Source of the DNA: Alphaproteobacteria bacterium
Lineage (GTDB): Bacteria; Pseudomonadota; Alphaproteobacteria; Rhizobiales; JAKIUO01
Assembly: GCA_024280895.1 (NCBI GenBank)
Contig: JAJRPI010000014.1
Coordinates: 20,893-84,892 of the forward strand
DNA length: 64,000 nt
Direction of reading: 5' to 3'
This document shows, piece after piece, positions 30,209 through 40,827 of this stretch. Both the position numbers and the translations under genes were made by a program. The first letter of the stretch is position 1; each line of letters starts with the position of its first letter. The notes beneath the pieces were generated by a model. The model had not been told where the DNA came from and made no database searches. It saw only the letters and a program-made list of their open reading frames with translations.

Positions 30209-31651
30209 CTATAGCAGCTTTCCGGGGTTCAATATCCCCTTTGGATCAAGTGTTTGCTTGATCGATCTCATCATATCGAGCTCAATGGGGTCCTTGACCT
30301 GTTGCAGCATTTCTCGTTTCAGGCGGCCAATGCCGTGCTCTGCCGAAATCGATCCATTGAACGACATGACGATCTCATGCACGCAAGCCGAAACCTGCTC
30401 CCATTGATCGAGGAAATCCTGTTTGTCCATGCCCACCGGCTGGGAAATATTATAATGGATATTGCCATCTCCCCAATGGCCGAACGGACAAGGGCGACAA
30501 TCAGGAACAAGCGCAATGACCGCCTTATTGGCAGTGGTGATAAATTCCGGGATCGAGGCGATCGGCACAGAAATATCGTGCTTGATACTACCGCCTTCTG
30601 GTTTTTGCGCTTCTGACATACGCTCACGCAAAGCCCAGATCGCCGCTCGTTGATCAAGTGAAGATGGCAGCGCCGCATCAATGACCAAGCCTTTTTCATA
30701 TCCCTCTTCCAGTAATCTGGTCATCAAAAGGGTGGCTTCTCCCTCCCCGCCAAGGCTGGAAATTTCCAGCAAGGCATACCATTGATGAGGAGCTTCAAGA
30801 GGATCGCTGGCACTTGGCGCATGACGCACCACAAACTCAAGACCCATGCGCGGCATGATTTCAAAGGCCGTCAGCTGCCCACCGGCTGATTGCGTGGCAA
30901 GCGTATATAGCGCTGCAATATCTTCAAGGCTTTTCAATCCAATAAAGGCGCAAGCCTGCTCGCGTGGCCGGGGAAAAAGTTTCAGCACCGCCGCTGTGAT
31001 AATTCCCAGTGTCCCTTCGGAGCCGATGAACAGATCGCGTAAGTCATAGCCAGTATTGTCTTTTTTGAGCGCGCGCAATCCGTTCCAGATGCGCCCATCC
31101 GCCAGCACCACCTCAAGACCAAGGCATAATTCACGCATATTACCATACGCCACCACATTAACGCCGCCTGCGTTACTGGCAAGATTACCACCGATCTGGC
31201 AGGACCCTTCAGCTGCCAGAGACAAGGGGAAAAGACGGTCAGCTTTTGCCGCCACTTGTTGCGCATCAGCCAATGTCACCCCCGCTTCCAGCACCATAAC
31301 ATGACCGACAGGGTTAACAGAACGTACATTGTTAAGCCGTGTGAGACTTAGAACGACCTCACAGCCCTCTTCAAACGGGATTTGCCCGCCAACGAGACCC
31401 GTATTACCTCCTTGCGGGACAATCGGGGTGTCGGTTTCATTGGCAAGCGTCATGATCTTGGATACTTCCGCCGTGTTGTGGGGACAAAGAACCAAAGCTG
31501 CACGGCCCTCGTAGCGATCACGCCACTCATGAAGATAAGGCGCTTTATCTTCATCCAAAGTGAGCGCATATTTCTCACCAACAATGGCGCTAAATTGTTT
31601 TAGAAGTTCAGCATCCATATTTGATGTGCCTTGTTTTGTTGGTTGCGACAT
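30209..31651 (-). CDS. FAD-binding oxidoreductase (D-2-hydroxyacid dehydrogenase/GlcD-like)
   Basis: PQGGNTGLVGG, KKDNTGYDL, GSEGTLG, GHWGDGNIH, SAEHGIG, LNPGK. Confidence 0.92.
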   Translation of the reverse strand: MSQPTKQGTSNMDAELLKQFSAIVGEKYALTLDEDKAPYLHEWRDRYEGRAALVLCPHNTAEVSKIMTLANETDTPIVPQGGNTGLVGGQIPFEEGCEVVLSLTRLNNVRSVNPVGHVMVLEAGVTLADAQQVAAKADRLFPLSLAAEGSCQIGGNLASNAGGVNVVAYGNMRELCLGLEVVLADGRIWNGLRALKKDNTGYDLRDLFIGSEGTLGIITAAVLKLFPRPREQACAFIGLKSLEDIAALYTLATQSAGGQLTAFEIMPRMGLEFVVRHAPSASDPLEAPHQWYALLEISSLGGEGEATLLMTRLLEEGYEKGLVIDAALPSSLDQRAAIWALRERMSEAQKPEGGSIKHDISVPIASIPEFITTANKAVIALVPDCRPCPFGHWGDGNIHYNISQPVGMDKQDFLDQWEQVSACVHEIVMSFNGSISAEHGIGRLKREMLQQVKDPIELDMMRSIKQTLDPKGILNPGKLL

Positions 31652-31696
31652 TCATATACCTCGTTTGATCCAAGATGCCAGAAGCAAACCGTAAGT

Positions 31697-31822
31697 GTCA
31701 TCCCCGCGCAGGTGGGGAACCATAACCACAGACCTTTGAAAATCGGAACCGAATTTTGTAACTGATTCTCTTATTCACCTGACAGAACAGGGAGTATGGA
31801 TCCCCGCCTGTGCGGGGATGAC
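31697..31822. repeat. GTCATCCCC...GGGGATGAC paired palindromic element (126 bp)
   Basis: GTCATCCCCGCGCAGGTGGGGAACCATA ... TATGGATCCCCGCCTGTGCGGGGATGAC. Confidence 0.9.
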
Positions 31823-31851
31823 ACAAATATATATCATCGACTATAGAAATT

Positions 31852-32865
31852 CTACTCTTCGTCATCAGGACGTAGTGCAGCGGCCCTGCGCAAGCGATCA
31901 TTGATCGCCACCCCCAGCCCTTTATCGGGGATCGGCATGACCGCAATGGTCTCAACTCCGGTGTCATCCAGCAGATGCAGATAGGCATACAAATTGGTAG
32001 CTGCTTCAACAAGATCACCGGTGGGGCTCAAATTGACCCCGGGACGGCCTTTTGGCGCATCTGGGCCAAAAGCCAGCATCAATTCTTCCTCACCAGCGCT
32101 TGTTGCTTCAAGACGTAATTGGGCATTTGGGGCGTAATGGCTGGATAATTGCCCAGGAGCCGTGATTTTATCTGGGGAGCTTGCAGTGTCGGCAGCTTGC
32201 ATCTTGATGCCGCTCACAGCCTCTATTTGCTCGACTGGCAGGCTGCCAGAGCGCAGAACAATAGCTGACCCGCGTTCAAAACCGATGATGGTTGATTCAA
32301 TGCCGCGTTCACATGCACCATCATCCAGAATAAGCGAGACCTGATCCCCCAGCATTTCTTCCACATGCTCAGCCTCGGTCGGGCTCAAAAGCCCCGAACG
32401 ATTGGCACTTGGCGCGGCAACAGGACCCTCAAAACCTTCCAGGAGTAAGCGCGCAACCTTGTTGGCCGGCCCCCGCAAGGCAATCGTTGCAAGTCCAGCG
32501 CTCACCAAAGGGGAAAGCCCCGCCCCTTCAAGGCGCGGCACGACAAGGGTCAAGGGCCCGGGCCAAAAATGCTCGGCAAGCTTTAGGGCAAGCTCATCGA
32601 AATGCCCATAACGCTGCGCGGTCGCTAAATCTTTGACATGAATAATAAGTGGATTGTGGGAGGGACGTCCTTTAGCCGCAAATATAGAGGCGACAGCCTT
32701 CTCATCGCAGGCATCGGCGCCAAGGCCATAGACAGTTTCTGTTGGAAACGCCACAAGCAGGCCTTGATGCAAAGACAGCACGGCTTTGGCCATGCTGTAT
32801 TCATCTGGTTCTAAAATAAGTGCGGGCGTTTTAGCCGTTGGTGCCACTCTGTTTGTCGTGTCCAT
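31852..32865 (-). CDS. tsaC: L-threonylcarbamoyladenylate synthase (Sua5-type)
   Basis: FPTETVYGL, KGRPSHNPLI, FWPGPLT, APSANRSG, PGQLSSHYAP, AINDRL. Start uncertain. Confidence 0.94.
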   Translation of the reverse strand: MDTTNRVAPTAKTPALILEPDEYSMAKAVLSLHQGLLVAFPTETVYGLGADACDEKAVASIFAAKGRPSHNPLIIHVKDLATAQRYGHFDELALKLAEHFWPGPLTLVVPRLEGAGLSPLVSAGLATIALRGPANKVARLLLEGFEGPVAAPSANRSGLLSPTEAEHVEEMLGDQVSLILDDGACERGIESTIIGFERGSAIVLRSGSLPVEQIEAVSGIKMQAADTASSPDKITAPGQLSSHYAPNAQLRLEATSAGEEELMLAFGPDAPKGRPGVNLSPTGDLVEAATNLYAYLHLLDDTGVETIAVMPIPDKGLGVAINDRLRRAAALRPDDEE

Positions 32866-33742
32866 CAGAATTGAGGTTGGTGCGAATTCTGTCGGCATAT
32901 GACCGCAGTTGCCCTTTCCCTCTGATTTTGGAGAAGTTTGAGCGCTCCATATTACCCATCAGCTGGTAGATACGACCATTGACATAGACGACTTCGTCGG
33001 TGTTCATGATCTTGTCATAGCCTTCTTCGGCTACGGTATCAACATCAAGGAACATTCTGGCTGGGAGCTGCGATGTGATCTGGCTTGCATCAGATTCATC
33101 GTGCAGTTCACTTTTGAAGAAGCCAGGGCAAAGAGCCATAACCTTGACGCCAGTTCCCTTGAGTTCCTCGGCATGAGCCTGAGAAAACTTGATCAGGTAA
33201 GATTTGGCAGCGCCATATAGCGTGTAGCTGCCAGTTGGCGTGATTGTACCAACGAATGAGGACACATTAATGATCCGGCCATAGCCGCGCTGGACCATAC
33301 CAGGCTCAAACAAATAGGAGAGCTGGGAAGGAGCGGCAATCATTAACTGAAGGAAATCACTGTGCTTTTTCCATTCGGTCTCCTGATAGAAACCTGGGAT
33401 AGCCAGACCTGCATTATTGATCAGGGCGTCAACTTTAATACCCATTTTTTCACATTCGTCGAAAATGTGCTGAGGACCGGCAGGATCTGCAAGATCGACT
33501 GCAATCAAAGTCGTACGAACACCGTATTTCTTTTCGATTTTATCGGCTTGCTCTTTCAACTTATCCTTACGACGTGCGGTAAGAACAACATTAAAACCAT
33601 TTTTAGCAAAAATGTCTGCAAACGATGCACCAAGGCCACCTGATGCTCCCGTAATCAAAACAGTACGAGCATCCTTGTTCCCTCTAATAGAGTACAAGTT
33701 ACCTTTGACTTTTTTGAATCGTTTGTTTTTAGCTTTCGCCAT
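32831..33742 (-). CDS. SDR family oxidoreductase (DltE-like)
   Basis: TGASGGLG, NNAG, YGAAK, LCPG; AGGAGG RBS before ATG 33742. Confidence 0.9.
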   Translation of the reverse strand: MAKAKNKRFKKVKGNLYSIRGNKDARTVLITGASGGLGASFADIFAKNGFNVVLTARRKDKLKEQADKIEKKYGVRTTLIAVDLADPAGPQHIFDECEKMGIKVDALINNAGLAIPGFYQETEWKKHSDFLQLMIAAPSQLSYLFEPGMVQRGYGRIINVSSFVGTITPTGSYTLYGAAKSYLIKFSQAHAEELKGTGVKVMALCPGFFKSELHDESDASQITSQLPARMFLDVDTVAEEGYDKIMNTDEVVYVNGRIYQLMGNMERSNFSKIRGKGQLRSYADRIRTNLNSDGHDKQSGTNG

Positions 33743-34237
33743 TACCCCGTCACCTCCTAAAATAAGACGCATAAAACTCTTGCATTCGAGTTAGCGGCGG
33801 AAGCTAACAGCTTCCGTTTGAGATGCAACCCTTTTTTGCGTTTTACATCCCCTGAAGGGTAATTTATAACCCTTGTCTCGAACAATATATTCCGGACTAC
33901 TACTCTCAAAAACTCCCTTATTATGGGACTACTGGCTCCTACACAGTCCCTTTTCGCCACTATTATCCTCTGCGACAACTAGTCTTATTTATGCAATCGC
34001 TTAATCATAGTCAATATCTACCTTGAGTTGTATTATTTTACGCAATGGTTTTGTTTTATAGTTTATTCGCGATGGCAAATATCAACATTATTGCATATTT
34101 ATCCTCATTGAGCCGTTTCGTTCAGGCAGTGTTCATATAGATAGGTAGTCGCGACACATACAAAAAAGGTTCAATTTTTTTCTACGTGTGATAATCATTG
34201 ACCATATCCATAGCTTTTGCCGCGATGAGAAAATCAC

Positions 34238-35167
34238 ATGACAACCTTGCTACTCTCTCATCAAATCTGCGTCCGTCACGAAATGCCGGGGTCGCCAGAA
34301 TCTCCTGCGCGCCTTGAAGCCATTGAACAAGCTCTACAATCCGAACAATTTTCTTCTTTGCAGCGCGAAGACTGCCCGCAGGCTCGCAAAGATCATATCG
34401 CCCTCGCCCATGGCGGGGATTATATTGATGCGATCTGTGACCTGACGCCTGAGAAGGGCTATTTCGCTATAGATGGCGACACCACGCTTTGTCCCCATAG
34501 CTATGAAGCGGCCATGAAAGCGGCTGGCGGCGCGGTACGAGCGGTAGATGCTGTCATGAGCGGCGAGGTCAATAACGCCTTTTGTGCCGTACGGCCTCCT
34601 GGACACCACGCCACAAAGCATCAGGCCATGGGCTTTTGCCTGTTTAACAATGCGGCCATTGCCGCCCTGCACGCCCGCAAACAACATGGAGCCGAACGGT
34701 TGGCGGTGATCGACTTTGACGTCCATCATGGCAATGGTACGCAGGATATCTTTTGGGATGAACCTGATATGTTTTACGGCTCCACCCACCAAATGCCGCT
34801 TTACCCGGGCACCGGGGCCGTCAGCGAGACGGGGGCTGGTAATATTGTCAACACCCCGCTCAAATCAGGGGCCGATGGCGCAAAGATAAAGGAAGCCTTC
34901 AACGACCGCCTGCTACCGGCGCTGTTTGACTTTTCCCCAGATCTCATTGTTATATCAGCGGGTTTCGATGCCCATATAGATGATCCACTGGCTGGCTTGC
35001 GTCTGACCACGCAAGATTTTCGCTGGTTGACCCTTAAACTGGCCGAATTCGCCGATAATCATTGCGATGGCCGCGTCGTATCTCTGCTTGAGGGGGGATA
35101 TGATCTACGCGCTCTTGGGGATTGTGTGGCCACCCATGTTGATGTCCTGCTTGATGCAGGGTTATAA
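34238..35167 (+). CDS. histone deacetylase family protein
   Basis: RPPGHHA, GFCLFNN, DFDVHHGNGTQ, SAGFDAH..DPL, LEGGY. Confidence 0.95.
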   Translation: MTTLLLSHQICVRHEMPGSPESPARLEAIEQALQSEQFSSLQREDCPQARKDHIALAHGGDYIDAICDLTPEKGYFAIDGDTTLCPHSYEAAMKAAGGAVRAVDAVMSGEVNNAFCAVRPPGHHATKHQAMGFCLFNNAAIAALHARKQHGAERLAVIDFDVHHGNGTQDIFWDEPDMFYGSTHQMPLYPGTGAVSETGAGNIVNTPLKSGADGAKIKEAFNDRLLPALFDFSPDLIVISAGFDAHIDDPLAGLRLTTQDFRWLTLKLAEFADNHCDGRVVSLLEGGYDLRALGDCVATHVDVLLDAGL

Positions 35168-35239
35168 TCATACTCTATATATAGGCGCCTGCCCAAAGAG
35201 GTGCTGCTTGAACCAAATAGCAAGATGGAACACCGCGTC

Positions 35240-35497
35240 ATGACAAATAATGCCAACACACCTGACCTCAAAGAGATGAGCTTTGAACAATCCTTGAGCG
35301 AGCTCGAAGAAATCGTCTCTCGCCTCGAGCAAGGCGATGTCGAGCTGGAGCGCTCAATCACTATTTATGAGCGCGGCGAAGCGCTGCGCAAACATTGCGA
35401 TGATCTCTTGAAGCGGGCAGAAGCCAAAGTCGAAAAAATAACGCTCGACGCCAAGGGGTCCCCGTCCGGCACAGAGCCGCTAAACATAGGGGAATAA
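35240..35497 (+). CDS. xseB: exodeoxyribonuclease VII small subunit
   Basis: [16 protein letters not shown]...LE.SI..YERG..L...C...L..AE. Confidence 0.95.
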   Translation: MTNNANTPDLKEMSFEQSLSELEEIVSRLEQGDVELERSITIYERGEALRKHCDDLLKRAEAKVEKITLDAKGSPSGTEPLNIGE

Positions 35498-35499
35498 TC

Positions 35500-35946
35500 T
35501 TGTCAAAAAGCATCGCGCTTGGCGTCATCCTTGGCCTGTTTATGAGCGCTTCAACTATGGTGCTTGCAATGAATACAAGCCATATCTCTCGCTGGGTCCA
35601 TACTGGATTTCACACGCATGAAAAATCCTATGAAGACGAGAGAGTGGTGCTAAGCCTTCTCGAAAACTCCACCTTTGACCTCACATATGTCGGATATTTC
35701 GAAGATAATGATGATGTCACCTGGGAAAAAAATATCGAGGCCAGCGGCAGTTACAAAATACAGGGCAAAGATATTATTTTCAAAATTGAGGTTCTGCTGG
35801 GGACGGAAGATAAAGAAAACCCCAGCTATAAATGCCCCTTCGCGCTGAACAATAAGAAGTTCGTTTTGAGCCAGTGCGAACTATTGAACGCCAAACTCAC
35901 CTATGAGTTCAAACGAACAGATCCAGACGCTTTCCACTTCCAATGA
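35500..35946 (+). CDS. hypothetical exported beta-rich protein
   Basis: TTG start 2 nt after xseB, signal peptide ending VLA, SGSY motif, one Cys pair. Confidence 0.7.
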   Translation: MSKSIALGVILGLFMSASTMVLAMNTSHISRWVHTGFHTHEKSYEDERVVLSLLENSTFDLTYVGYFEDNDDVTWEKNIEASGSYKIQGKDIIFKIEVLLGTEDKENPSYKCPFALNNKKFVLSQCELLNAKLTYEFKRTDPDAFHFQ

Positions 35947-35985
35947 GATGGGTCATCGATCAGGCACCAACCAATAAAAGCGGCC

Positions 35986-37935
35986 TCACACTTTCAGCTC
36001 AGCCCGGCCCTTGAACTCGTCAAGCGCTTGCGGATTGGCAAGGGCTTCTACATTTTTAATCTTGATGCCATGCACTACATCGCGCACCGCCAGCTCAACA
36101 ATCTTGCCGCTTTTGGTGCGCGGGATATCGCTGACTTCAAGTATGATCGCTGGCACATGGCGCGGCGAGGTATCGGCGCGAATCTGGCGTTTGATTTTCT
36201 CCACTAGCGGGTCATCAAGCTTCACACCATCGCGCAGGATTACAAATAAAACCAGCCGTACATCATCTTCATATTTTTGTGCAATAACAATGCTTTCCAT
36301 CACTTCATCGAGCTGTTCGACCTGACGGTATATTTCTGCGGTGCCGATGCGGACACCGCCTGGATTAAGCACCGCATCCGAGCGGCCATAGATCACCAGA
36401 CCACCTCGCTGCGTCAAACGTACATAATCGCCATGACACCAGATATTATCAAAGCGCCCAAAATAGGCTGCGAAATATTTCTCGCCCGACGGGTCATTCC
36501 AGAACCCTACCGGCATGGAGGGAAAGGGCTTGGTGCAAACCAGTTCACCCTTTTCCTGTCCGGCACTTTGTCCCTCATCATCCAACACCTCAACCGCCAG
36601 CCCAAGCCCGCGGCATTGCAGCTCGCCTTTGTAGACCGACAGCACGGGATTACCCAGCGCAAAGCACGAAACAATGTCGGTGCCCCCAGATATGGACGCA
36701 AGGTTCACATCCTTTTTAATATGCTCATAAACATAGTCGTAGCTAGCCGGGGCAAGCGGCGAACCGGTTGAACAAATACAGCGCAAAGCACTTAGCTCAT
36801 GTGAGTTTTTTGGCGACAGATGCGCTTTTTGCAAGGCATCAATATATTTTGCAGAGGTACCAAACAGGGTGATATTTTCATCGCGCGCATAATCCCAAAG
36901 CACATTGCCATTTGGATAAAACGGCGAGCCATCATAAAGCATGACGACCGCCTCACTGGCCAAGGCACTCACCAGCCAATTCCACATCATCCAGCCGCAA
37001 GTAGTGAAATAAAACACGCGGTCGCCAGCCTTGATATCGCTATGAAGCTGATGCTCTTTCATGTGCTGCAACAACGTGCCTCCGGCCCCATGCACAATAC
37101 ATTTGGGGACGCCAGTGGTGCCCGATGAAAACAAAATATAGAGCGGATGATCAAAGGGCAGTTGCGCAAAGTTGATCGAGGTTTCATTTTGCCCCGCAAG
37201 CAGCTCTGGCCACAGATGAAGTTCGTCACCCACGGTTAATTGCTCGGCGCTCGATGTGTAAGGCACCAAAATGGTCTGTTCGATGGAGGGGATCTTATCC
37301 CTGATGGCGTTGATCTTTTCTACATTGTCAAAGCTCTTGCCATTGTAAAACACACCATCGGCGGCGATCAGTATTTTGGGGCTGATCTGCTTGAACCGAT
37401 CCACGACCCCGTTGACCCCAAAATCTGGCGAACAGGACGACCAGATAGCGCCAAGCGAGGTGGCGGCCAGCATGGCAATAATGGTCTGCGGCAGATTGGG
37501 CATATAGGCGGCAACCCGGTCCCCCGGACCAACGCCAAATCCGCGCAAAGCGGCCGCCAGCTTGGCGACGCAAAGAGATAGCTCGCGCCGCGTATATCGC
37601 TGCTTGATCTGATCTTCGCCGCGAAACACCAGTGCTTCACGATCATCTGCGTGACGCAATAGGTTTTGCGCAAAGTTCAAGCGAGCTTGCGGAAACCATT
37701 TGGCCCCCGGCATTTTATCGCCATCGACAAGCACTTTGTCGCCGCGCGTACTGGCAATGATCGGGGCATGCTCCCAAACCAGCTCCCAAAACGCTTCGCG
37801 CTCACTGATTGACCAATCGTAGAGATCTGAATATTTCTGGAGATTTTGACCGCTCAACTGCGAGGCATGGCGCGCGAAACCGGTGATCTGCGCGTCCTCA
37901 ATCTGTTGTGAAGATGGTGTCCAGCAAACGGTCAT
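35986..37935 (-). CDS. acsA: acetoacetate--CoA ligase
   Basis: WFP.ARLNFAQNLL, SSGTTGVPKCIVHG, GWMMWNW, SGGTD, GRSDAVLNPGGVR. Start refined to ATG 37935; the longer ORF reads through a repeat. Confidence 0.93.
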   Translation of the reverse strand: MTVCWTPSSQQIEDAQITGFARHASQLSGQNLQKYSDLYDWSISEREAFWELVWEHAPIIASTRGDKVLVDGDKMPGAKWFPQARLNFAQNLLRHADDREALVFRGEDQIKQRYTRRELSLCVAKLAAALRGFGVGPGDRVAAYMPNLPQTIIAMLAATSLGAIWSSCSPDFGVNGVVDRFKQISPKILIAADGVFYNGKSFDNVEKINAIRDKIPSIEQTILVPYTSSAEQLTVGDELHLWPELLAGQNETSINFAQLPFDHPLYILFSSGTTGVPKCIVHGAGGTLLQHMKEHQLHSDIKAGDRVFYFTTCGWMMWNWLVSALASEAVVMLYDGSPFYPNGNVLWDYARDENITLFGTSAKYIDALQKAHLSPKNSHELSALRCICSTGSPLAPASYDYVYEHIKKDVNLASISGGTDIVSCFALGNPVLSVYKGELQCRGLGLAVEVLDDEGQSAGQEKGELVCTKPFPSMPVGFWNDPSGEKYFAAYFGRFDNIWCHGDYVRLTQRGGLVIYGRSDAVLNPGGVRIGTAEIYRQVEQLDEVMESIVIAQKYEDDVRLVLFVILRDGVKLDDPLVEKIKRQIRADTSPRHVPAIILEVSDIPRTKSGKIVELAVRDVVHGIKIKNVEALANPQALDEFKGRAELKV

Positions 37936-37963
37936 ATGAGGCCCCAAAATATAACTGATAGTC

Positions 37964-38088
37964 GTCATCCCCGCGAAGGCGGGGAACCATACTCCCGATA
38001 CGGTCAGATTGCATGAGGAGCCAGCTTCGAGTCCACGTAGTAACTTGCCAGAGCGGTAGTTATGGATCCCCGCCTTCGCGGGGATGAC
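37964..38088. repeat. GTCATCCCC...GGGGATGAC paired palindromic element (125 bp)
   Basis: GTCATCCCCGCGAAGGCGGGGAACCATA ... TATGGATCCCCGCCTTCGCGGGGATGAC; spacer is related (in reverse) to the 31697 copy. Confidence 0.92.
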
Positions 38089-38169
38089 AGGTCTTAAAAA
38101 GCTTAAACCCTTATAGCTTGGCGTCAATATATTATCTGCGATAGCTGTTCAATTGATACAGCAAATTGA

Positions 38170-39354
38170 TTAAGCACGCTCCAAAGCCATCGCGACCCCC
38201 ATGCCGCCACCGATGCACAATGTTGCCAGTCCACGCTTGGCATCGCGCTTGATCATCTCATGAATGAGCGTCACCAATATACGTGCGCCAGATGCACCAA
38301 TAGGATGGCCAAGGGCGATGGCACCACCATTTACATTGACAATATCAGGGTTGAGACCCAGTTCCCGATTGACATAAACAGCCTGCGCAGCAAAGGCTTC
38401 GTTGGCCTCGACCAGATCAAGATCACCAACCAGCCAACCAGCGCGCTCCAGGCATTTTTTTGTGGCTGGTACCGGCCCCGTGCCCATGATCTGTGGATCA
38501 ACGCCGACGCTGGCATATGACTTGATCGCCGCCAATATCGGCAACCCAAGTTCACGCGCCCTCTCCTCCGCCATGACAATAACGCCCGCCGCACCATCAT
38601 TGATGCCAGAGGCGTTGCCCGGCGTCACCGTACCGTCTTTTTTAAAGGCCGGGTGCAATTTTCCAAGGCTATCGAGAGAGGTGCCGGGACGCGGATATTC
38701 GTCGCGCTCAAAAACGACGGGAGAACCCCTTTTTTGCGGCACTTCAAGAGGAATAATTTCTTGTGCAAAGCGCCCGCCATTACGGGCTTTGGCGGCTTTT
38801 TCCTGCGACAGAGTTGAGAACTCGTCTTGGTCGGCGCGCGAAATACCAAAACGCTCGGCAATATTCTCAGCCGTGATCCCCATGTGGCAATCATAAAAGG
38901 CATCCCATAGGCCATCGAGGATCACACTATCGTCCAGCCCCCAATTGCCAAGCTTGCGCCCGCCTCTTGAGCCGCGCAATAAATGCGGTGAATTGCTCAT
39001 GCTTTCCTGTCCACCCGCAACGATGATGCTTGCGTCACCGCACAATATGCTTTGCCGGGCCAGCGCAATCGCCTCCAGCCCGCTACCGCATACTCTGTTA
39101 ATGGTCATGGCCGTTGAGGTCTTGGGAAGTCCAGCACCAAGTGCCGCTTGCCTTGCCGGGTTTTGACCAACACCTGCGGTCAATACCTGCCCCATAATCA
39201 CTTCATCGACAAGGCCCGCATCAAGCTTTGTGCTGGCAAGCAGATGCTTGATGACATGAGAGCCAAGCTGTGAAGCCTGAAGGCTTGAAATAGCACCGCA
39301 AAGAATACCGATCGCTGTTCGGTTTGCTGCAACGATTACCGCCCTTTGCACCAT
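38170..39354 (-). CDS. acetyl-CoA C-acetyltransferase (thiolase)
   Basis: [25 protein letters not shown]. Confidence 0.96.
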   Translation of the reverse strand: MVQRAVIVAANRTAIGILCGAISSLQASQLGSHVIKHLLASTKLDAGLVDEVIMGQVLTAGVGQNPARQAALGAGLPKTSTAMTINRVCGSGLEAIALARQSILCGDASIIVAGGQESMSNSPHLLRGSRGGRKLGNWGLDDSVILDGLWDAFYDCHMGITAENIAERFGISRADQDEFSTLSQEKAAKARNGGRFAQEIIPLEVPQKRGSPVVFERDEYPRPGTSLDSLGKLHPAFKKDGTVTPGNASGINDGAAGVIVMAEERARELGLPILAAIKSYASVGVDPQIMGTGPVPATKKCLERAGWLVGDLDLVEANEAFAAQAVYVNRELGLNPDIVNVNGGAIALGHPIGASGARILVTLIHEMIKRDAKRGLATLCIGGGMGVAMALERA

Positions 39355-39522
39355 TTTCAATTCCTTTCAAATGACCATGTAATATATTTGGCCTCTAATT
39401 CACTAGCTTACCAATCCCTCCTCCTCAAGCCTTCGTGAGCAAATACTTGTTTTTTAGCTAGACGAGCCCCTTTTAGAGGCCTATAGAGCGGCCAGTATCT
39501 CTCGATATATTGGAGCCATCTG

Positions 39523-40824
39523 ATGTCGTCTTTGCGCGAGAATGAACCTCACCATATTCACCTCAATCTTAATGTGAGGGGGCTCAAACCATCCGCCACG
39601 CTCGCGATCAATGAGAAATCCAAACAGTTACAAGACGACGGGCACGAGATATTTCGCCTTGGGCTTGGCCAATCACCGTTTCCGGTTCCCGATATTTTGG
39701 TGGAAGAACTGAAAAAAAATGCCCATCAAAAAGACTATCTGGCGGTCAAGGGGCTGGCCCCTTTGCGCGAGGTTATTGCCGCCCACTATCAACGCCGCGA
39801 AGGCGTCACCTATGGCCTTGATGATGTGCTTATCGGGCCCGGCTCCAAAGAGCTGATGTTTCTCATACAGCTTGTCTATTATGGGGATCTGGTGATCCCG
39901 ACACCAAGCTGGGTGTCTTACGCCCCGCAAGCCTCGATCATTGGCCGCAATGTGCACTGGATCAAAGCGCGCGAAGATGATGGCTGGCGCTTGTCGGCGC
40001 ACGTGCTCGAAGAGCATTGCCGCCCCGACCCAACGCGCCCGCGCATCGTCATTTTAAATTATCCAAACAACCCCACCGGCACCAGCTATAGCGACCAAGA
40101 GCTTGAGAAACTGGCGCGCGTGGCAAGGCGTTATAAAGTCATATTGCTATCCGACGAGATATATGGCGAAACCCGCTTTGACGGCAAGCATGTCTCCATC
40201 GCCAGGCATTACCCCGAAGGCACCATCATTAGTGGCGGCCTGTCAAAATGGGCGGGTGCCGGTGGTTGGCGGCTGGGCTGCTTTATCTTTCCAAAGCAGT
40301 TGCATTGGTTGCGCGATGCCATTGCGGTTGCGGCCAGCGAAACCTTTACCTCGACCAGTGCTCCCATTCAATATGCGGCCATCAAGGCGTATGAAAACAG
40401 CAATGAGCTGCAACAATATATTGGCGATACGCGGCGCGTGCTGGAGCGGGTTGGCATGTTTATGCACGACGAGCTTAAACAGGCAGGGCTCAAGCTAAGC
40501 GCCCCCGATGGCGGTTTTTACCTATTGCCATCATTTGAAAATCACAAGCAAAAGCTCAATGCGCGTGGCATCATGACCAGCTCCGACCTTTCAAGCAAAT
40601 TGCTGGAAGAAACAGGCGTCGCCGCGCTGCCCGGCTCTGACTTTGGCCTGCCGGAGGAGCTTTTGTGTCTGCGTGTTGCTTACGTTGATTTTGATGGCAC
40701 CAATGCGCTTGCCCAAACGGCGAAAATTGCCTCCTGCGATCCCCTGCCCGATGATTTCATGGATAAAAACGCACCGCGCATTGTCGAGGCCACCAAGCGC
40801 ATCGTGCAATGGCTTGAAAAATAA
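39523..40824 (+). CDS. class I/II PLP-dependent aminotransferase
   Basis: NYPNNPTG, SDEIY, GLSKWAGAGGWRLG. Confidence 0.92.
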   Translation: MSSLRENEPHHIHLNLNVRGLKPSATLAINEKSKQLQDDGHEIFRLGLGQSPFPVPDILVEELKKNAHQKDYLAVKGLAPLREVIAAHYQRREGVTYGLDDVLIGPGSKELMFLIQLVYYGDLVIPTPSWVSYAPQASIIGRNVHWIKAREDDGWRLSAHVLEEHCRPDPTRPRIVILNYPNNPTGTSYSDQELEKLARVARRYKVILLSDEIYGETRFDGKHVSIARHYPEGTIISGGLSKWAGAGGWRLGCFIFPKQLHWLRDAIAVAASETFTSTSAPIQYAAIKAYENSNELQQYIGDTRRVLERVGMFMHDELKQAGLKLSAPDGGFYLLPSFENHKQKLNARGIMTSSDLSSKLLEETGVAALPGSDFGLPEELLCLRVAYVDFDGTNALAQTAKIASCDPLPDDFMDKNAPRIVEATKRIVQWLEK

Positions 40825-40827
40825 TCT

